Assembly: GCA_964016885.1 (NCBI GenBank) | Contig: OZ024740.1 | Span: forward strand, 281,604,001 to 281,668,000 | Source: Eledone cirrhosa | Taxonomy: Eukaryota | Direction of reading: 5' to 3' | DNA length: 64,000 nucleotides | In this document: piece after piece, positions 56,969 to 64,000 of the stretch | How the letters are laid out: each line of letters starts with the position of its first letter | Position numbering within the stretch: the stretch's first letter is position 1 | The notes under the pieces: generated by a model | Databases searched by the model: none | Seen by the model: the letters and a program-made list of their open reading frames with translations, nothing else | Told to the model about the DNA's origin: nothing | Program-made: the position numbers and the translations under genes

Positions 56969-59900
56969 ATGACCTCACTCAGAATAGGCAGCATAAATGC
57001 GCGTGGCTTGGGGTCGTCATGGAAGCAGGGTCACCTGCTCAACGACCTCAGGTCACTAAACATAGATGTAGTGGCCATCAGCGAGACCAGAATCTCCGAA
57101 GCACGGGCCTTCGCACCGATCTTCGGCGGCTATGATGTGTACGCATCTCCCAGCCGTCCTGGATCGGGTGGAGGAGTTGCTGTGCTTTTTCGGAGAGGTT
57201 TGGATCTCGCCATACGGGCCATCTTCCTGGACCCAGAGGGTAAGCTGGTGGTGCTGGACGTGACCAGCGGAGACGGGCAAGCTTTCAGGCTAGTGGCCGT
57301 CTATGCCCCGACAGGAGCAGGGCGGCCTGATTTCTTCCGGCGTCTGGAGACCTTTCTTGGAACGTCCCGCTCTTTAGTGTTAGTGGGCGACTGGAACGGG
57401 ATCTTAGATGCACGCTGGGACTGTGTGGGATTAGCGGATAGGGGTGGAGGGTGCAAGAGCCTCACCAACCTGCTCAGGCGTTTTGAACTGTCTGACAGGT
57501 ACCGATTGGATTTCCCGAATGTGCCAATGTGGACTTGGACAAACCGCATAGGGTCATCCAGATCATATCTAGATAGAGTATTTTGTAGGGAAATAGATAG
57601 GTCTAGCATAGGCTGTCCACAATTCAAGATAGTCAGCTACACGGACCACAAATTCGTGATCTGTGTGCTTGACTTAGATAGGCTTCATAGACGAGGACCC
57701 GGCTACTGGAAGCTAAACGCGTCCTTACCAGCGCGCAAGGCCTACAGAGACCGGATTAGCGAACTAGTTAAGCGGGCGTTGACGGGGGCCATCGTCAACA
57801 ACAATGGTGGTTGGCTCTGAAAAGAGCTATTAGAATAGAATCGATTAGGTTTAGTAAGGCTTTAGCAATAGAGAAAAATAGAGCAGAGGGAGAACTAGTT
57901 AGAAAATTAGACGAGGCGCTTAGCAAAGGCATTGCGACCGACGTGCTTGCGGCGAAATTGGCCCTTGACCAATTCTTCAATGCAAAGCACGAAGGCTGCG
58001 TTGTCAGAGCAAGGGTGCGTGCTCTCAGACACGAGGGGACGAAAGCCGTTCAATGGGCCCGAGTGGCGGAGGCGCGTCGTGGCAACAAAGCCACGATCCG
58101 GTCTTTGGTGGACCACGACGGGCGCATGCTACTCGATCCCGGGCAAATGTGTGAAGCTTTTCAGCGACACTTCGCTCAGCTGTTCGGGGGCAGCGGTGGG
58201 CCGGGTAGAGGGATGGACTTTAGTGTCTACCTCGACGGACTGCCGCGGCTCTCGGCCACTGAGGCGAAGTGTTGCGAAAAGCCGATAACAGCCGCTGAAG
58301 TAAGGGAGGCAATGACTGGCTGCACAAGGGGTAAATCGCCTGGTTTGGATGGTCTGCCCTATGAACTTTACGTACCGATGCCAGACTTGTTCGGAGGCCT
58401 GTTGGTGGACGTCTACTGCAACTGGCAACAGAACGGGAGAATTCCCAGTTCTGTGAGCCGAGGAGCGGTGGCACTGCTGAGAAAGGATCCGAACAAGGGG
58501 GATAACATAGACAATTTCCGGCCCATAACTCTGCTAAACACAGAGTTCAAGATTTTGGCCAAGGTGCTAGCAAAGAGGTTGGCGCTTGTCGTTGGTGGTC
58601 TGGGGGGAGAGGCGCAGACATGCGCCATTCCCGACAGATCCATCCACGACAACCTCCACCTCATGCGATACATCATAGAGAGGGTAGCTAAGGAACCTGG
58701 CACGGGTGGGTCCTTGATCAATTTAGATCAGTCGAAAGCTTTCGATAGGGTCGACCATCGTTACCTAGCGGCCGTCCTGAGGGCGGCTGGCTTTGGGCCC
58801 GTCTTCAGAGGCTGGATCGCTGCCATGCACAGCGACATCTGCTCTGTGGTGAGAGTGAACGCTCACCTGTCGGAACCGTTCAACATCATGCGCTCGGTCC
58901 GCCAAGGATGTCCCCTCTCGTCCCTCTTGTACGTATTGACTCTCGAGCCATTACTGCACAAACTGGAGACGTTGAGAGGAGTCCCGCGCGAACTAGGATG
59001 CGGAAGATCCGTGTCAGCATATGCGGACGATGTCACCGTAGTGGTGTCGAACGCCAAACACATCGAGGCGATCGGCACTACACTAAGAGAATACGAAGCG
59101 GTGACAGGAGCAATGATCAACCAGGAAAAGTCAGTGGGCCTGCAGCTCGGCACCTGGAGAGGCAGGTCCATGCCGTCCAACAGCGTCGTCGGGCGCTGGA
59201 CGGACGGACCGGTTAAATTGCTAGGGGTCTGGTTCGGTCCGGACCTCCAGACGGACAAAAACTGGGACGAGGTGACGAGCAGGGTGGCTTCTCTCACCCA
59301 GAAATGGGCCGAGAGGAAGCTATCCCTGAAAGGTCGAGCGGAGGTGGCTAACGCGTACATCGCGTCTGTCATCTGCTACCGCCTGACCGTCGTACCTTGT
59401 CCTAAGCCTCGCCTGACTGCGCTGGAGCGTTTGCTCTTTCGCTTTTTGTGGAAGGGACGTGCTCCGATGGTCAGGCGGTCCATCTGTTGTCAACACCCGC
59501 TACGTGGAGGGCTGGGCATGCCGTGGCTTATGATGCGCAGGCACACGCTCAGGCTACGACATCTCCACCTCTTCCTCGACGGTGATCAGGTGTGGTCGCC
59601 GTTTGCTAGGCGCGTATTTCCCCAGCTCGTTTCCTTGACGGAGCTGCAGTCCTGGGTCAAGCGAAGACCGAGAGGGAGCGCCTGGAGACTGGAATGTCTT
59701 CAGGCGCTCACAGCCCTCGACCAATCGGGCAATGTGATCGGTGGAAACTCCACCTCGGCGTTCTATAGAGGATTAGTGGAGGGTAAGAGCGACGACGTAC
59801 TTGGGGAAACTCTAGGCGTCGACGAAAATCAACTAGCCAATCTCTTCGGAAGAACTTTCGGGCCGGGGCCTATGGACAACTTCCAGAAATCTCTGGCCTG

Positions 59901-60387
59901 GCAGTGCTACCGAGGAGCCTTGCCAGTTCGGGATAAACTCTACAGGCATGGAGGTGCCGTCAGCCGGGCATGTCCGAGATGCGCGCAGGGCGACGAAACC
60001 GTCCTGCACGCACTCGTCCAGTGTCCGAAAATTGCTGACTTGTGGGTTTATGTCGAACACCTGCTGTCGCGTTTGGGACGGATCCGGCTATCATCTGAGT
60101 CCATCGTGAGGATTGCCCCGCCCTCCTCCTTTAGCCGGGAAGGGCAGGCAGTTTTTATCTGTCTGGTGGCCATGGCGAAAGAGATAGTATGGTGGACACG
60201 TTTGAAAGGGCTGAAGACGAGAACTTACCTCTTCGGTGATGCTCTGATTGACTTTTTCAAATTTCATTTGAAAAGGAAAATCAGAGTAGAGAGGGAAGTG
60301 CTCTCTTCCCAGCATTTTGTTGAAAGATGGGTGAGAGAAGCAAGAATGGCCCGAGTGAATGGGCCGACTCTGAGTATATATCTGTAA
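56969..60387 (+). CDS. LINE ORF2 (APE endonuclease, RT, C-terminal Cys/His motif), ~1139 aa with a 1-nt deletion at ~57805
   Basis: SINARG, ISETR, VYAP, GDWN, YLDR and TDH; KSPGLDG, FRPITLLN, DQSKAFDRV, RQGCPLS and YADD; CPRC..ETVLHALVQC. Copy A has AACAAGTGG where B has AACAATGG. Confidence 0.92.
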
Positions 60388-60708
60388 ACTAAAGGTGGAA
60401 AACTGGGAGAGGGCACTTGCCTTGGTGGTCAGGGTCATTGTGGCTTTTTACTGGGCTTTCTCCACAAATGTCCCTCCGAAGTCTCCCCCCTATTGGGGAA
60501 TTTTTCATTGTTATTTTCATTGTTATTTTTGTTACATCCTCTGTTTTTGTTTTTTACACGCAGAAATGCCCATTTGTACCGTCCTGCATTGGCCTGTACT
60601 GTCCTTAATGTCTACTTTATGTAAACCCTTGTGGTTAATAAAGAAATCATTATTATTATTATTATTATTATTAATATTATTATTATATAGTTGTGATGGT
60701 GCAATCTT

Positions 60709-60936
60709 TAGGTTGTGAGTTCAATTCCCGTCTGGGCGATGTGTTATGTCCTTGAGCAAGACACTTTATTTCACGTTGTTTCTTCTGCCTGGAGTTACGA
60801 CAGATAGATAGTATTAGCAATTGGAAAGACCGATGGAAACATTGTTTCCTCGGTCCAATTTGACGAAAAGTCGATCAACTGTTGATATATATAATTAGAA
60901 ACATACATACATACAAATATATATATATAATATATA

Positions 60937-61012
<76 letters not shown>

Positions 61013-61226
61013 CAGTCGATCAACAAGATCCCAGACCTCGTCAAATCGGGCCGTGGACACTATGTTTCCATTGGTCTTTCCAATTGCTAATACTATCTAC
61101 CGGTTGCAAATCCAGACAGAAGGAGCAGCGTGAAATAAAGTATTTTGCTGAAGGACATAACGCATCTTCGAGTCCGGGAAGGGAACTCACAACCTCACGA
61201 TTACGAATCAAATTCTCTAACCACGG
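60709..61226. mobile_element. Tail-to-tail pair of a second tRNA-derived SINE family around (TA)n
   Basis: 60709-60874 (+) and 61008-61226 (-) are related and carry the GTCCTTGAGCAAGACACTT motif; A/B-box-like head in the minus copy. Confidence 0.75.
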
Positions 61227-63629
61227 TGTTTGTTTGCAACTGATGAAATTTCTCTTTACATAGAGCAAACATAACATAGAAATTGAAGTTTAGTGAGCTC
61301 AATTATTTTCACATCGTTTTGCTGGAGATATAACCAATTCGCTTTGAAATAATTTAGATTTAACTTATGCCTCTCTTTATCTGGGGCTGAAAACTCGCCC
61401 TCATAGCTGCCAGTCACACCTCCTGCAATATTGTTGCCAATATTACTACTTCCTTCAGTATCAGTTAATTTAGATGCTACATACAACAACGCTGCATTTA
61501 AAACTTTACTGACCGCAAACTTCACCACAAACTTCGCAACAACTTCACTTTGTGGACTGTCGAAACTAACTAATTCTGATGTGTAGGCCATCATCTCTAC
61601 TAAGGCGAAACAACACGGTACGTAGACGATTAACCTGCTAGCATTTGCGCCCAAATCTTCATCAAACTTCACTTTCTTTTTATAAAAGGTGAAGGATATA
61701 TTGGATAATGTAGTCAGATATATACTTAGCTTACTTCTATTATATCTTTGATCATAGGTTTGCTCAACAGCCTCCATTGCCATTTTCGTTTCCATCTCCA
61801 TTGTCCCAATCTTCCCCCACACAACCTTCATATCCATCACTTCTATAGATGTCACCTCAAATATTCTAAGGCGAATGCAATAGTCTAGTTTTATTAGTGC
61901 TGCAACCATTAAATTATGCATCATATTAAGTCTTGAGTTTTTAAAACTGGAATATGTAGAGGGGGATGAATGTTAGTTTGATTCGGGTGGTATCTTTGGC
62001 CTATTGCATTGAAAAACAAATAGTTTTGGAAATAGGGATCAATCTCAATGTGTGCACCAGATGGCACAAGCTCTAGGACTGCTACTGGTCGTAACAGAGC
62101 TCCGTTAAAGCGTTTTTTTAAAGATAAGGAGCCATTAATGAAAGCTTACTTAACATAGATGAAAATGAAATTCGTTCTTTTGTTATAGCACTCTTTCAAC
62201 TGATTTTCAAAGATAGTTTTAATATTAAAATTAGATTATTTACTACTAATTACTTCATAATTCAGAGTATTTGACGATTATTCAATACGAAATTTTAGAA
62301 ATGTAGTCTATTAATTTTAATAAACCACTGTAACTATACCATAAGCTATCTGCGAGGAGGCAGTATCATTCAATCAAAGTTATTATCCACTTTGACATAT
62401 TGCAACTGAATAAATCTGAGAAATCAATGATAAGAGTAATTTTCACAATTATAACTGAGCATATCTTTTTATTTAAAAATCCCCCCATACACACAAACAC
62501 ACACAACTCTAAATGCTAACCAAACTATCAATGGAAACTAATACATTTGAAAAAGTTTAACTCTTTCAAATGCAGCATTCTCGTGAAATACAGAAATTTT
62601 ATAAAGATCCTTCAAAATGATATCTTTGTGGAACTCCCACATGATAAGAGAAGTGCTACTGTAAACGAAAAATAAACACTTGACAATATAATGGAAATAT
62701 TTATGCTTATTTCCATCTGGAAGTTGAAGATTTTCGAAAAGTAAAGGGGATATCTCTAGGTTCTTTGTTGTTGTCCGTATGTAGTAGCATCTATATAAAA
62801 TTATTTGAAAACACATTTCTGATACATGCAATGATAAAACACAGTTTGACTGAGATATGTGTAAAACACATTCGGTACTTGCATAAACGGTGGTGTCAAA
62901 GCAGGTATATGAAAATCCCCAATCCACTTTACAAATTACAACTCCGCCTTTCCTTTAGTGTAAAACGATATCATGTCATGCTTACAACATCGAATTACAA
63001 ATATCCACTCCAATAATGATTTATAAGAAAAAATAGAGATATATCAACATGACATCCTAGAAAAGCGTGTATCTGCGAAATCACACAACTATGTTCATTT
63101 TGAAGGATAAGTTAGATAAAAACTATCATACCTTATAACACATTATTGGAATGATCTGGTTTGATGGAATAGTGTATCTTTTGTCTGTATAACATCGTAA
63201 AAGTGTTCAAGAGTAACATTATACTTCACAGTCAGCTCATCAAATTTAAACTAATAGGAAAATAAAATAATTCAAATATTTCACATATATCTCATCCATT
63301 CGTTGCTGGGAATAAAAGGGTTTAGGATGAACTCTTGAAATTAAAATCATGGAGCATATAACGTAGTAAGCAGTGATGAATGGTAGAAACATGAATGTTA
63401 CGAGAAATGAAATTATATGCCACTTTGAAATAAGATCTCACTTTGAAATAAGATCACTTTGAAATAAGATCTCTATTATAGTTTAAGAACGACAATGGAA
63501 ACCATATTAGAGACAGTACATGTAGTGTTAAATAGAGGTCAAAGTTCCGACTACCATTAAGAAAAACTAATTAATCTATATATAAATTAGCAGTGGCATA
63601 CTTGAGAAGAGTGTTTTATTACTTCATGC

Positions 63630-63930
63630 TACTGACAGGAAGATAACCCCCTCGATTCGACAACAGACTGGCCTGATAGATATGATCGAGACTATCAAAA
63701 AGAACACACATAGATGGGCTGGATATGTCCCTAGTTTTAGAGACACCAGGTGGGCTATTAAAGTGACTAAGTGGACACCAAGGCAGTGGAGAAGAACCAG
63801 AAGGTGGCCAAAGGCCGGATGGCGTGATGATCTAACCCGATACTTCAGTCCCACATGGTCAAATATCAAATATGGCCAGAGTTAGGAAGTGTTGGAGATC
63901 AACAAGGGATGCGTTCCTCCAATAGAAGTG
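63630..63930 (+). mobile_element. RTE-clade LINE 3' fragment
   Basis: IRQQTG..RWAGYV..RWAIKVTKWTPR..RTRRWPKAGWRDDL (cf. WAGHV..RW..W.P..RGRP..RW.D). Confidence 0.75.
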
Positions 63931-64000
63931 AGAAGGCTCTGGATTTTGTATTTTTGACTGCTGTCAAAATTATTAAATGCTAATAAATCATGCTGGCTTT

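Larger units (their letters stand above)
54620..60649 (+). mobile_element. Tx1-like LINE copy B, near-intact
   Basis: 5' UTR, intact ORF1, ORF2 with a single frameshift, 3' UTR with AATAAA and a (TTA)n tail. Confidence 0.93.

Noticed and set aside
61256-61924. 222-aa minus-strand ORF as a host gene
   Set aside because: No recognisable domain; the plus strand has only faint RT-like remnants, so probably an old LINE.
63421-63472. Three 16-18 bp repeats as CRISPR-like
   Set aside because: No spacers, eukaryotic context; simple tandem slippage.

Overview
AT-rich, repeat-dense eukaryotic DNA, most likely intronic or intergenic sequence from an octopod cephalopod. The host is inferred from the Nin-type tRNA-SINE family and the very long (TA)n tracts. 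I can support no host protein-coding exon. The window is a stack of retroelements. (i) Penelope-like elements (PLEs, RT + GIY-YIG) of at least two groups, plus solo pLTRs, carry about ten type-I hammerhead ribozyme motifs; several have unusually long helix-II insertions or core variants. (ii) A 5.96-kb PLE at 38006-43968 is a complete, circularly permuted unit with a 132-bp terminal direct repeat in the middle of RT and a 2.8-kb TA/TG microsatellite inside it. (iii) A 15-kb array at 45540-60685 holds four non-LTR insertions in (TTA)n tracts: two R4/Dong-like RLE elements on the minus strand and two Tx1-like APE LINEs on the plus strand. (iv) About 20 tRNA-derived Nin-type SINEs have a 3' tail and ATTA-starting target duplications that match the Tx1-like LINE 3' end. 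(v) There are old RTE, CRE-like, CR1-like, mariner and hAT-MITE relics. All family assignments come from motif recognition by eye, not database searches.
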